53,257 bases of DNA from Alphaproteobacteria bacterium. Its GTDB lineage: Bacteria > Pseudomonadota > Alphaproteobacteria > Rickettsiales > UBA3002. The notes under the pieces were generated by a model, which saw only the letters and a program-made list of their open reading frames with translations, was not told where the DNA came from and did no database searches. This document shows positions 28,328 to 39,197 of the stretch, one piece after another. The stretch is taken from the NCBI GenBank assembly GCA_030427685.1, contig JAUIBB010000001.1, positions 1 through 53,257 of the forward strand, read 5' to 3'. Made by a program: the position numbers and the translations under genes. Within the stretch, counting starts at the first letter, position 1. Each line of letters begins with the position of its first letter.

Positions 28328-29194
28328 ATGCCTAGCTTAAAGGATCTCAAAGTCCGGATCAAAAGCGTCAAATCGACGCAGAAGATCACCAAGGCGATGA
28401 AGATGGTCGCGGCCAGCAAGCTGCGCCGCGCGCGTGAGGCTGCCGAAGCCGCACGTCCTTATGCCTTGGAAATGAGCGCCATGCTGGCACGGCTGGCAAC
28501 CGCAGCAGAAGGACAGGCCAATTTGCCGGTCTTACTGGCCGGCACCGGGCGCGATCAGGTGGAGTTGCTGATTGTGGTAACCGCAGATCGTGGCCTCTCT
28601 GGCGCGTTTAACTCTTCGATCGTTCGCGCTGCACGCAAGCACATCCGGGCGATGCAGGAGCAGGGAAAAACCGTGAAGCTCTATACCGTCGGCCGCAAAG
28701 CGCGTGACTGGCTGGGCGAATATAAATCCCTGATGATCGGCAGCCGCACCGACATCGCTAAGAACACCAATTACAACATGGCCGAAGCCATTGCGCAGGA
28801 CGTGCTGAAAGAAATCAACGCCGGGGAAATCGATCGCGTAACCCTGCTATACAATCAGTTTAAGTCTGCCATCTCGCAAGTCGTCACCTTCCAGCAGCTG
28901 ATGCCGCTGGAGATTCGCGGTGGCGGTGAAGGGACAACGGTTCCGTATGACTACGAGCCGTCGGAAGAAGAAATCCTTGCGGACATCCTGCCGCGCAACT
29001 TTGCCATGCAACTATTCTCCGCACTGCTCGAGAATAATGCCGGGTTCTATGGCGCACAAATGAATGCGATGGAAAACGCCACCAAAAACGCGGGTGAGAT
29101 GATTAAGAAGCTGACCCTCAAATACAACCGTACCCGCCAAGCCAACATCACCCGCGAGTTGATCGAAATCATCTCCGGCGCAGAAGCAATTTAA
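28328..29194 (+). CDS. atpG: F1 ATP synthase subunit gamma
   Basis: [35 protein letters not shown] and C-terminal [14 protein letters not shown]. Confidence 0.95.
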   Translation: MPSLKDLKVRIKSVKSTQKITKAMKMVAASKLRRAREAAEAARPYALEMSAMLARLATAAEGQANLPVLLAGTGRDQVELLIVVTADRGLSGAFNSSIVRAARKHIRAMQEQGKTVKLYTVGRKARDWLGEYKSLMIGSRTDIAKNTNYNMAEAIAQDVLKEINAGEIDRVTLLYNQFKSAISQVVTFQQLMPLEIRGGGEGTTVPYDYEPSEEEILADILPRNFAMQLFSALLENNAGFYGAQMNAMENATKNAGEMIKKLTLKYNRTRQANITRELIEIISGAEAI

Positions 29195-29202
29195 GGACAT
29201 AG

Positions 29203-30666
<1,464 letters not shown>

Positions 30667-30687
30667 CGCCCGGAGTTCAAGGACGCC

Positions 30688-31095
30688 ATGAGCAACGCCT
30701 TCCATCTGCAAATTATCTCTCCTGCCGCCACGGTGTTCGACGAACATGTGACGATGGTTGAGGTTCCCGGTGCTGAAGGTGACTTTGGTGCCCTGCCGCA
30801 GCACGCGCCATTCTTTTCGATGCTGCGTCCAGGGCCAATCAAGGTACATATGCCCGATGGCCAGCGCCGCCGCTTCTTTGCGGCTGCAGGCTATGCCGAT
30901 GTTTCGCCCAGCGGCACCACGCTGCTTTCCGACCATATTCAGGATCTGGACGATATCAGCATCGACGATGCCGTCGATGCGCTAAACGCTGCCCGTGGTG
31001 CATTAGGCGCAGCAGAGAATGAGAAAGAGCGCCGCTCGGCGCAGCAGCTGGTAGCTACGGCAGAAGCGCTGGTCTCGGCCATTAACAGCTTCTAA
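30688..31095 (+). CDS. atpC: F1 ATP synthase subunit epsilon
   Basis: 135 aa, with the typical beta-sandwich plus helical hairpin pattern. Last gene of the F1 operon. Confidence 0.93.
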   Translation: MSNAFHLQIISPAATVFDEHVTMVEVPGAEGDFGALPQHAPFFSMLRPGPIKVHMPDGQRRRFFAAAGYADVSPSGTTLLSDHIQDLDDISIDDAVDALNAARGALGAAENEKERRSAQQLVATAEALVSAINSF

Positions 31096-31154
31096 AACCG
31101 CACCTATGCGCGGCAAAAGCCGCATCTGGCACGGCGCTTGCATTCCTCTGATGC

Positions 31155-31319
31155 ATGATGAGCACAGTCACCACCGTTAGCCCCACCCTCCCCGTTAGCA
31201 GCGCGACGGCAACGCGTATTACGATTACGCCGGATAGCACCGGCAGCAACTTTTTCGGGGAAAACGGGCTTGGGCTGGACGATGTCCTCGATGCCGTGAC
31301 CCCCTTCTTTCAGACCTGA
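31155..31319 (+). CDS. Small ORF (54 aa), possibly the 5' fragment of a split gene
   Basis: Not in the supplied track (below 60 aa). ATGATG start at 31155. Translation MMSTVTTVSPTLPVSSATATRITITPDSTGSNFFGENGLGLDDVLDAVTPFFQT. The TGA stop overlaps the next ATG as TGATG. Confidence 0.35.
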   Translation: MMSTVTTVSPTLPVSSATATRITITPDSTGSNFFGENGLGLDDVLDAVTPFFQT

Positions 31320-31792
31320 TGGAAGATGGCGGCGCGGCCAAGCCATCGGTTGCCTCCAAGCTGGCGGGTGGCCTGTTGTTCGGGGGGCCGATCGGGTTTA
31401 TCGCCAGCCTCGCCAACGAAATTTTTACCGAGGCCACAGGCAACAGCGTGGCCAGCACCGTCTATGCCGCCCTCTCGGGAGAGGCATTGCCCACAAGCGC
31501 GGCCAGCACGGTACAGGTCGCGCAGCAGCAAGCCGCGGTGGCAGATGAAGTGCAGGTCGCCAGTCTTGCGCAGTCTTCACAATTGCTCGATACGGCGCAC
31601 TACGCTCAACTCGCGCGTGACGCACAGTCTATGGCCGTTCCCTCTGCCGAGGAGCGCGCCAGCACCCTGTCCACACGCAACCGCCTCCTGCTAGACCTCT
31701 ATGGAAAGAGTGTCCCATCCGCCAGCGAGGCCTATCAGCGCGCACAAATGCTGCCATTTCTAAAGGAATCCAGCACCCATCAGATTCTATAA
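31319..31792 (+). CDS. Hypothetical protein (157 aa) with a Gly-rich hydrophobic N-terminal segment
   Basis: High third-position GC, typical of coding sequence. LAGGLLFGGPIGFIASLANEIF segment, then Ala/Gln-rich sequence. No recognised family. Confidence 0.5.
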   Translation: MEDGGAAKPSVASKLAGGLLFGGPIGFIASLANEIFTEATGNSVASTVYAALSGEALPTSAASTVQVAQQQAAVADEVQVASLAQSSQLLDTAHYAQLARDAQSMAVPSAEERASTLSTRNRLLLDLYGKSVPSASEAYQRAQMLPFLKESSTHQIL

Positions 31793-31849
31793 GCAAGCCT
31801 CACCGCACTCCTTAACGGTATTTTAATCTGTGGCTGCTATAAAAATAAG

Positions 31850-32443
31850 ATGTTAGCGACCGACAGGCTGGATACAAAAACCCGGATACTGGCTATTCAG
31901 GAAGAAGTACTCGGCATACTTCAGGAGGGCTCTGGCACGTTTGCCGATCGCCTGAACCGGGTAAAAGAAATGCTCCCCCCGCTCATACAAGACGCAAAAG
32001 CACGCGCCGATGGCCCCACCCAGCTTTATGGATGCCTGGTCGAGGCTGCCCTCAACAGCTTTGCAGGCGAGAAACAGGAGCTGATTGACCAGATCGCGGG
32101 GTTCACCAAAACCGACAAACATTTCATCGTGGCTCAAGAGAAAGACGTCACCTACCCGCCGGAGACAATGCTGCTCGATGCCGACACCTATGGCTTTTAT
32201 TACGCGCTAGACGACCATTATTCGCAAACATGGGATCGGCAGAATTACAAGCTTCCTAAAAACGGTGGCGAGGGAAACCCCCTGATTGCGAACCTAATCA
32301 CGCTATTTTATACCAACGATAACAACCGGCCCGTTTATCAGATTGACGAGAAGGGCTATGTTGAGCGTACCTCACACGGCGACTCCAATGAAATGCGCGA
32401 CGCGCTTTTAAAAAATACGACACAACGATTTTTGGCGATATGA
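31850..32443 (+). CDS. Hypothetical soluble protein (197 aa), no recognisable motif
   Basis: ATG start with a weak SD. Stop overlaps the next start (ATGA). About 50% GC. Confidence 0.5.
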   Translation: MLATDRLDTKTRILAIQEEVLGILQEGSGTFADRLNRVKEMLPPLIQDAKARADGPTQLYGCLVEAALNSFAGEKQELIDQIAGFTKTDKHFIVAQEKDVTYPPETMLLDADTYGFYYALDDHYSQTWDRQNYKLPKNGGEGNPLIANLITLFYTNDNNRPVYQIDEKGYVERTSHGDSNEMRDALLKNTTQRFLAI

Positions 32444-33150
32444 AGCTGGCCTTTATTGGTGGCGCAGGGCTTCCTTATCGGGATCTGGTGCTAAAGCTGG
32501 CGCCACAGCTCGGCGGCGGCTTTTCGCATTTCACACTTGAGCATCGCCCGCTGAGCCTGGACGCGGCCAATCAGGCGCTGGCCGATGGCGAAGGGCCGTT
32601 TGATTATGTGGTTAGCAGCAATGTACTCAATGCCTTTGGGCATCACATAAAGCACCCAGAGGGGCGCGCAGAGATTTTTGCCGCCTGCGCCCAGCTTCTC
32701 AGGAAGGGTGGCAAAGCCATTCATGTCATGGAGAAGTCGAGCGATCAGCCGCAGCTCAACCTGAACCTGAGCCGGTTTATGCATAAATCCGTGGGGCAGG
32801 ATCTCATCTACTCCTTTTTTAGGGAGGAAGGCGCGATGGATCGACATCAGCAACATTTACGACAGGAATATGCCGGGGAATTAGCGCGGGGGGAATTAGT
32901 CGCCCTTTGGGATAGCACCGGTAAGCGGTATTCGGGTGATGACGCCCTTAAGCTATATGACAGCTCGTTGCTGACGGGGAAAAAGTATGACTTCGCCACC
33001 AGCCTGATGGTGATGCACCAGACCCATCGCCCACATATCACTCAGAAGACCCTTGTAAAAACACGGGCGATGGCCAACGATTATCAGGGAAAGTTCAACT
33101 ACCATCATGTGCCGGTGTATGTCGAAAAGCCAGGCATGGGCATTGGCTAG
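32440..33150 (+). CDS. Hypothetical protein with a class I methyltransferase-like (Rossmann) core
   Basis: KLAFIGGAG (motif I-like), an acidic residue after strand 2 (TLEH), FDYVVSSNVL and LLRKGGKAIHV (post-I/II/III-like). About 100-aa unknown C-terminal extension. Confidence 0.55.
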   Translation: MKLAFIGGAGLPYRDLVLKLAPQLGGGFSHFTLEHRPLSLDAANQALADGEGPFDYVVSSNVLNAFGHHIKHPEGRAEIFAACAQLLRKGGKAIHVMEKSSDQPQLNLNLSRFMHKSVGQDLIYSFFREEGAMDRHQQHLRQEYAGELARGELVALWDSTGKRYSGDDALKLYDSSLLTGKKYDFATSLMVMHQTHRPHITQKTLVKTRAMANDYQGKFNYHHVPVYVEKPGMGIG

Positions 33151-33153
33151 CCG

Positions 33154-33861
33154 CTAGTGCCGCTCTCCAAACAGTGCCGTTCCGACCCGAACCATCGTTG
33201 CGCCCATGCGGATAGCCGTAGGGAAGTCGCCGCTCATGCCCATGCTCAGCTCGTGCAGCCCATGCCGCGCAGCAAGCTTTGCCATCAGGGCGAAGTGCGG
33301 CGCGGGATTTTGTCCGGCGGGTGGTACACACATTAGCCCATCAATCGTTAGGTTCAGCCCTGCGCAGCAAGACAAAAGCGCGGGTAGATCGCGCGGCAGG
33401 ACACCGGCTTTCTGGGGCTCTTCCCCAACATTCACCTGAATAAGCAAGGAGGGCGACTTGCCCTGTGCTGCCATGGCGCTGGCGATGGCCTCGGCAATTT
33501 TAGGGCGGTCGATGGTCTGGATCACATCAAACAGGGCGACGGCGTCGGCGGCTTTGTTCGATTGCAGCGCCCCAATCAGGTGCAGCCTTACCTGTGGGTG
33601 TTGCATACGAATCGCGGGCCATTTCTGATGGGCTTCCTGCACGCGATTCTCGCCAAAGTCCCGCAACCCAAGGGCAATCGCGGCTTCAATCAGGGCAGCA
33701 GGCTGTCCCTTGCTGACACCAACCAGTCGTGGCGGCGTCCCCCCTGTCACGACGCCAGCATGCAGCGAGCCAATGGATTCAGGCTGCAAACACTGCTGTT
33801 GCAGGGTTGCATACCGTGTGGCAAGACTGCCAAGCGCTTGAGGTTCTGTGTCCATAACCAT
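33154..33861 (-). CDS. yggS: YggS-family pyridoxal phosphate homeostasis protein
   Basis: LVGVSKGQP, FGENRVQE, HLIGALQSNK, SMGMSGDF, VRVGTALFG. Confidence 0.9.
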   Translation of the reverse strand: MVMDTEPQALGSLATRYATLQQQCLQPESIGSLHAGVVTGGTPPRLVGVSKGQPAALIEAAIALGLRDFGENRVQEAHQKWPAIRMQHPQVRLHLIGALQSNKAADAVALFDVIQTIDRPKIAEAIASAMAAQGKSPSLLIQVNVGEEPQKAGVLPRDLPALLSCCAGLNLTIDGLMCVPPAGQNPAPHFALMAKLAARHGLHELSMGMSGDFPTAIRMGATMVRVGTALFGERH

Positions 33862-34155
33862 ATATTACAATCGCTTATAAACAGAGTCCAGCAAAATAGG
33901 CGGCGCAGAATGGCCAGAATGCCACTTGTGTCAATTTAGCAACAGGAGGGGTAGAAAGGAGGGGCGCCGGGTAGATTTTGCTTGGGGGATGTTGCTTCAC
34001 GGGTGGGAGCCACTAATAAATGGGCACGTGGAATACGCTTCTTTGTCTGTTCCGGGCAATGCGGCGTGTTCATCAATAGGGTGCTCTAGACCTTATGTCT
34101 GCAAGACGCTGTGTTTAGAGTTACATTTTGTTTCATTAAAAAAGGAACCCAAATC

Positions 34156-35295
34156 ATGAAAAAAATTCTTCTTGGTACGACTGGGCTCGTAGGCGCGGCA
34201 TTGCTGGCAACAGCAGCTTCGGCTGAGACTCCAAAAGTAACCCTTGGTGGCTTCTCTGACTTCCAAGCGGGCATGATCAACGACGATAACGATGCTACCC
34301 GTAGCAAAACTGCTTTCCGCAACGACAACACCCTCGTTGTAAAAGTAGATGGCAAAACCGCTTCCGGTCTTGGCTATGGTGCTCAGATTGATCTGCAAGC
34401 TGACATCACCAACGACCAGAACAACCAAGGTGCAAACGCTTCGCGTACCTTCACCTACCTCGAAGGTGGTTTCGGTCGCGTTGAAATGGGCGGCAACAAA
34501 TCCGTTGCAGCTACCCAGCGTATCGATGCTTCGACGGTTGCAGTTGCTACCGGCGGTATCAACGGTTCGTGGAGCCAGTTCCTGACGACCGGTCTGAACA
34601 CCGGTGCTGCAGGCGCTGCTGTACCAATGGGCGCTAGCTTCCAAACGACTTCGAAGCTGACCTCTGAGCATGGTGCGTACACCCTCGTTGGCGATGAGTC
34701 GACCTACAACGCAACGAAGATCTCGTACTACACCCCAAAATACGCAGGCTTCCAAGCTGGCGTAAGCTACACCCCAAACGTCAACAACCGCGGTCAAGTT
34801 GCTAACGCAACCAGCACCACCGGCCTGCAAGACGTTGTAGATCTGGGCCTGACCTACGAAACCACCTTCAACGGTGGCTACAAGCTGGGTCTTGCTGGTA
34901 CCTACGAGACCGGCAACGCCGGCGCTGCTGCTTCTAACCTCGACATCAACGGTTGGAACTTCGGTGGTATGGTTGGCTATCAAGGCTTCTCGCTGGCTGG
35001 TTCGTACGGTAAAGTTACCGACAACGGCACCGCTGGTGACGAGTCCAACTACTGGACCGCTGGTCTCGGCTACGCAGCTGGCCCAGTTGGCCTGTCGGCT
35101 ACCTACATCGACTCCACCTACGAAACCGGTGGCGTTGACAACGATTTCTCTAACGTTGTTCTGGGCGCAGACTACAAACTCGCTCCAGGCCTGACCCCAT
35201 ACGCTGAAGTCAGCTTCTACGACTTCGACGCTAACGGTACGGCGAACGACAACCAAGGCACCGTGGTTCTCCTCGGTACCCAGGTTGCTTTCTAA
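34156..35295 (+). CDS. Outer-membrane porin (alphaproteobacterial porin family)
   Basis: Signal peptide MKKILLGTTGLVGAALLATAASA|E, alternating beta-strand pattern rich in G/Y/T, and C-terminal ...LLGTQVAF ending in Phe. AAAGGAA SD. Confidence 0.8.
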   Translation: MKKILLGTTGLVGAALLATAASAETPKVTLGGFSDFQAGMINDDNDATRSKTAFRNDNTLVVKVDGKTASGLGYGAQIDLQADITNDQNNQGANASRTFTYLEGGFGRVEMGGNKSVAATQRIDASTVAVATGGINGSWSQFLTTGLNTGAAGAAVPMGASFQTTSKLTSEHGAYTLVGDESTYNATKISYYTPKYAGFQAGVSYTPNVNNRGQVANATSTTGLQDVVDLGLTYETTFNGGYKLGLAGTYETGNAGAAASNLDINGWNFGGMVGYQGFSLAGSYGKVTDNGTAGDESNYWTAGLGYAAGPVGLSATYIDSTYETGGVDNDFSNVVLGADYKLAPGLTPYAEVSFYDFDANGTANDNQGTVVLLGTQVAF

Positions 35296-35319
35296 GCACG
35301 TTGGATACTGTCTAACGGA

Positions 35320-35348
35320 AAGGGCGGCTCGCAAGGGTCGCCCTTTTT
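35320..35348 (+). terminator. Rho-independent terminator of the porin gene
   Basis: AAGGGCG-N12-CGCCCTT followed by TTT, 25 nt after the stop. Confidence 0.7.
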
Positions 35349-35410
35349 GCTTGTCGGGAGAAAACTCCCCGAAGCAATACGCTATCAGCCTTGCAAATTC
35401 TAAGGCTGGC

Positions 35411-35436
35411 GTTAGAGTGCAGGCGTTCACTCTAAC
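35411..35436. promoter_or_regulatory. Perfect 9-bp inverted repeat just upstream of the DUF3576 gene
   Basis: GTTAGAGTG-N8-CACTCTAAC, ending 11 nt before the ATG at 35448. Either an operator-like palindrome or a leader hairpin. Confidence 0.4.
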
Positions 35437-35447
35437 ACGGTTCTACC

Positions 35448-35990
35448 ATGCATCTTTCTCTCTCCCCTCGCACGGCCATTCTGGCGCTGTTTTGTTTCGC
35501 TACCCTCACGGCATGCGACTCGTTGCTTCCGACACAAGACAGCGATACTTCCTACCCAAAAACCTATGAAGACCGTCGTCGTGCACGGGTTGGCAAGCTG
35601 ACGGGTGATGAGGGCATGGTGCTGGGCGGCGTTGCCGAGAAAGACAAAGAAGCAGGTAAAAACCCGTTGGGCGTGAACAGTTTCCTCTGGCGTGCGACGC
35701 TCGACACCCTCACCTTCCTGCCGCTTGCGTCGGCGGATCCGTGGGGTGGTGTCATCCTGACCGATTGGTACGAAGATCCGCAAGCACCGGGTGAGCGTTT
35801 TAAAGTCAATGCGCTGATTCTGGATCGGCAATTGCGCGCAGATAGCCTCAAAATTTCTGTCTTTCGCCAAGAGAAAGATGCCGAGGGCAACTGGGTAGAT
35901 GCCGCCAGCAACACAGCAATGGCGCATAAGTTAGAAGATACCGTTCTCACGCGCGCGCGGCAGCTGCGCGTTGCTCAGATGGGGCGCTAG
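35448..35990 (+). CDS. DUF3576-type lipoprotein
   Basis: Lipobox ATLTA|C. NSFLWRATLDTLTFLPLASADPWGGVILTDWY...ERFKV core, as recalled for the alphaproteobacterial family found upstream of leuS. Confidence 0.75.
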   Translation: MHLSLSPRTAILALFCFATLTACDSLLPTQDSDTSYPKTYEDRRRARVGKLTGDEGMVLGGVAEKDKEAGKNPLGVNSFLWRATLDTLTFLPLASADPWGGVILTDWYEDPQAPGERFKVNALILDRQLRADSLKISVFRQEKDAEGNWVDAASNTAMAHKLEDTVLTRARQLRVAQMGR

Positions 35991-35991
35991 C

Positions 35992-38565
35992 ATGAGCCTC
36001 CAGCCGACCCGCTACAATGCCCGCGAAGCCGAAGCCAAATGGCAAGCCACGTGGGAAGAACAACAGGTGTTCGCCACGCCCGCGCCGAACGAAAAGCCGG
36101 ACTACTTCGTATTGGAGATGTTCCCCTACCCTTCGGGCAATATCCATATGGGCCATGTCCGCAACTACACGCTGGGCGATGTAACGGCACGTTTCCGCCG
36201 CGCGCGTGGCTACAATGTTCTTTATCCGATGGGTTGGGATGCCTTTGGGCTGCCGGCCGAGAATGCGGCCATCCAACGCGGGGTGCATCCCGGCGCCTGG
36301 ACCCAACAGAACATTGCCACTATGCGCGAGCAGCTGAAATCCATTGGCCTCTCTTACGACTGGTCGCGCGAAGTCACGACGTGCGAGCCAAGCTATTACC
36401 AGCACGAGCAACGCTTCTTCCTGAAAATGCTGAAGGCGGGTATTGCGTATCGCAAGCAGGCCGTCGTCAACTGGGATCCGGTTGATAATACGGTATTGGC
36501 CAACGAGCAGGTGATTGATGGACGTGGCTGGCGCTCTGGCGCGCCGGTTGAGCGCCGCACGCTGAGCCAGTGGTTCCTCAAAATCACTGATTACGCAGAA
36601 GACTTGCTGCAAGGGTTGGAGGGGCTGACCGGGTGGCCAGAAAAAGTCCGCCTGATGCAGGAAAAATGGATCGGTAAATCCAGCGGGGCCATGCTGACAT
36701 TAGCACTGACGGCCCCCAAGGCCATCGCTTTTAGTCATCCTGAGGGGATCGAGATTTACACAACGCGGCCAGATACGCTCTACGGGATGAGCTTTGTCGC
36801 CATCGCGCCAGACCATCCGGTAGCGAAGGCCGTCGCAGAAACCACGCCAGAAGCCGCAGCATTCGTCAAAGAGTGCAGTGCCCTCGGCACATCGGAAGAA
36901 GCCATCGAGAAGGCCGAAAAAAGGGGCTACGACACCGGCCTGAAGGCGACGAACCCCCTGACCGGCGACACAGTGCCCGTCTATATCGCCAACTTCGTGT
37001 TGATGGACTATGGCACCGGCGCCGTGTTTGGTTGCCCGGCGCATGATGAGCGCGACCATGAATTTGCCACAAAATATGGCCTCCCCATCACACAGGTGGT
37101 TGATGCTGGCGAGCCGGTGACCTTGCCTTACACAGGCGAAGGGGTGCTGACTAACTCCCCGCTGTTCAACGGCCTTCCGGTGGCCGAGGCGAAAGAAAAA
37201 GCCATTGCCGAGCTGGAAAAGCGCGGCATCGGGACGCGTAAAATCAATTATCGCCTGCGCGATTGGGGCATCAGCCGCCAGCGCTATTGGGGCGCGCCAA
37301 TCCCGATCATCCATTGCGATGCCTGTGGAGCCGTTCCGGTACCCGAAGACCAGCTTCCCGTGACCCTGCCTGAGGATGTCACCTTTGATAAGCCCGGCAA
37401 TCCGCTGGCCCACCACCCCAGCTGGAAGCATGTCAACTGCCCGACCTGTGGCCAGAAGGCGGAACGCGAAACGGACACGTTTGATACGTTTTTTGAGTCC
37501 AGCTGGTACTTTGCAAGCTATGCCTCCGGTGGTGGCGCGCAGGGTATTGATGCGGCCGCTGCGCAGCGCTGGCTCCCGGTCGATCAGTATATCGGCGGGA
37601 TTGAGCATGCGGTGCTGCATTTACTTTATGCGCGGTTTTTTACCCGTGCGCTGAAGACCTGCGGAGTGCTGGACGTTGCCGAGCCCTTCGCCGGGCTGAT
37701 GACGCAGGGGATGATTGGGCACGCCACCTTCAAAGACGCAAACGGTGAATGGCTCTATCCTGCTGATGTTATGCAGGATAACTCGGGCCAATGGGTGCTC
37801 GAATCGACCGGTGCCCCGGTCACCATGGGCCGCTCGGAGAAAATGAGCAAATCCAAGAAAAATACGATCGATCCGCGGGGCATTATTGATGCCTACGGGG
37901 CCGATACCGCGCGCCTGTTCATGCTTTCCGACTCGCCGCCCGAGCGCGATCTGGAATGGACCGACGCCGGGGTCGATGGCGCCTGGCGTTATCTGGGCCG
38001 CCTTTACCGTCTGGTTGTCGACCAGAAGGCCGCGGCTTCTGCCGATACCGATGGGTTGGATGGCGTGACGGGCCCCCTGCTTGCCCTACGTAAGCAGACC
38101 CACAAAACAATCGATGCCGTTACCCGGGATATTGAGCAGTTCCATTTTAACAAAGGCGTTGCCCGTATTCGTGAATTAACCAACGCACTGGAAAAGCTTG
38201 ATCTTAACAGCCCCGGGGCCCCCGCCGTCTTTGCCGAGGCGGTGCAAGCCGTTGTGCACCTGATCGCGCCACTGATGCCACATCTGGCTGAAGAACTATG
38301 GGCCGTATTAGGGCACGCCGACCTGATGGCCAATCGTCCTTGGCCGAAGGCAGATGCGGCATTGCTGGTGGATGATACGGTGACCATTGCGGTGCAGGTA
38401 AATGGCAAATTGCGCGCAACGCTCGAATTAGCCAAAAACTTGCCCGAGGAAGAGGCAAAGACCATTGCCCTTTCCCACCCCTCTGTTCAGCCCCATATCG
38501 ACGGTAAAACGGTCAAAAAAACCATCGTAGTGCCCAACCGCATCATCAATGTGGTGGCGGCATGA
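35992..38565 (+). CDS. leuS: Leucine--tRNA ligase
   Basis: HMGH (HIGH) and KMSKS motifs, CP1 editing domain. ATG at 35992 follows the upstream stop directly. Confidence 0.97.
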   Translation: MSLQPTRYNAREAEAKWQATWEEQQVFATPAPNEKPDYFVLEMFPYPSGNIHMGHVRNYTLGDVTARFRRARGYNVLYPMGWDAFGLPAENAAIQRGVHPGAWTQQNIATMREQLKSIGLSYDWSREVTTCEPSYYQHEQRFFLKMLKAGIAYRKQAVVNWDPVDNTVLANEQVIDGRGWRSGAPVERRTLSQWFLKITDYAEDLLQGLEGLTGWPEKVRLMQEKWIGKSSGAMLTLALTAPKAIAFSHPEGIEIYTTRPDTLYGMSFVAIAPDHPVAKAVAETTPEAAAFVKECSALGTSEEAIEKAEKRGYDTGLKATNPLTGDTVPVYIANFVLMDYGTGAVFGCPAHDERDHEFATKYGLPITQVVDAGEPVTLPYTGEGVLTNSPLFNGLPVAEAKEKAIAELEKRGIGTRKINYRLRDWGISRQRYWGAPIPIIHCDACGAVPVPEDQLPVTLPEDVTFDKPGNPLAHHPSWKHVNCPTCGQKAERETDTFDTFFESSWYFASYASGGGAQGIDAAAAQRWLPVDQYIGGIEHAVLHLLYARFFTRALKTCGVLDVAEPFAGLMTQGMIGHATFKDANGEWLYPADVMQDNSGQWVLESTGAPVTMGRSEKMSKSKKNTIDPRGIIDAYGADTARLFMLSDSPPERDLEWTDAGVDGAWRYLGRLYRLVVDQKAAASADTDGLDGVTGPLLALRKQTHKTIDAVTRDIEQFHFNKGVARIRELTNALEKLDLNSPGAPAVFAEAVQAVVHLIAPLMPHLAEELWAVLGHADLMANRPWPKADAALLVDDTVTIAVQVNGKLRATLELAKNLPEEEAKTIALSHPSVQPHIDGKTVKKTIVVPNRIINVVAA

Positions 38566-39197
38566 GCCGGCTGGCCTCCTCTATCGGCGGGTTGGCCGCC
38601 TGTCTGCTGCTGGTGGGGTGCGGGTTTCAGCCTGTACACGGCACGGCCGCACGCCTCAAAAACGCCAGCCAGCTCGAATCGGTCGAAATCATGACAGATT
38701 CTTCCCGTGCCGGGCAACTGCTGAAGGCTGAGATCGAAGATCAAATTAACCCCACCGGGGCACCCGCCGAGAAGCTATTCGTGCTCCATATTACCGTCAC
38801 AGAGACAGAGCTGGGGCTGTTTACGAATCCAGACGGTACGGCGGGTCGGGGGGATTATCAGCTGAACAGCAGCTATACCCTGCGCCGCAAGCTGGACCAG
38901 AAAGAGATAGATGTGGGCACCCTGAGCCGTTCCAGTAGCTATAACAACGCACAGACGGCTGATTTTTCTACCTTTATTTCGCGCGAAGATGCACGCAAGC
39001 GAGGCTTGTTAGAGCTGGCGCGGGATTATCAGCTACGACTTTCCAATCTGGTGCCAAAGCTCAACGACCCCAACGCGAAGGCGCTGGGGAGCAACAAGCT
39101 TCCCTCTATTCCCGTAACGCGACCGCTTGATCCCGGCGCACCGAACTCCCCTTTTTCCAATCCGTTAGGTTCCACCGATGAAACTCTCCGCCCGTGA
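38562..39197 (+). CDS. lptE: LPS-assembly lipoprotein LptE
   Basis: Lipobox LLLVG|CGFQPV, conserved position after leuS, ATGA overlap with leuS. Confidence 0.7.
   Translation: MSRLASSIGGLAACLLLVGCGFQPVHGTAARLKNASQLESVEIMTDSSRAGQLLKAEIEDQINPTGAPAEKLFVLHITVTETELGLFTNPDGTAGRGDYQLNSSYTLRRKLDQKEIDVGTLSRSSSYNNAQTADFSTFISREDARKRGLLELARDYQLRLSNLVPKLNDPNAKALGSNKLPSIPVTRPLDPGAPNSPFSNPLGSTDETLRP

Noticed and set aside
34093-35430. 445-aa minus-strand ORF antisense to the porin gene.
   Set aside because: The porin frame has a signal peptide, SD, terminal Phe and a downstream terminator. The antisense frame is Val/Gly/Ser-rich with no features.
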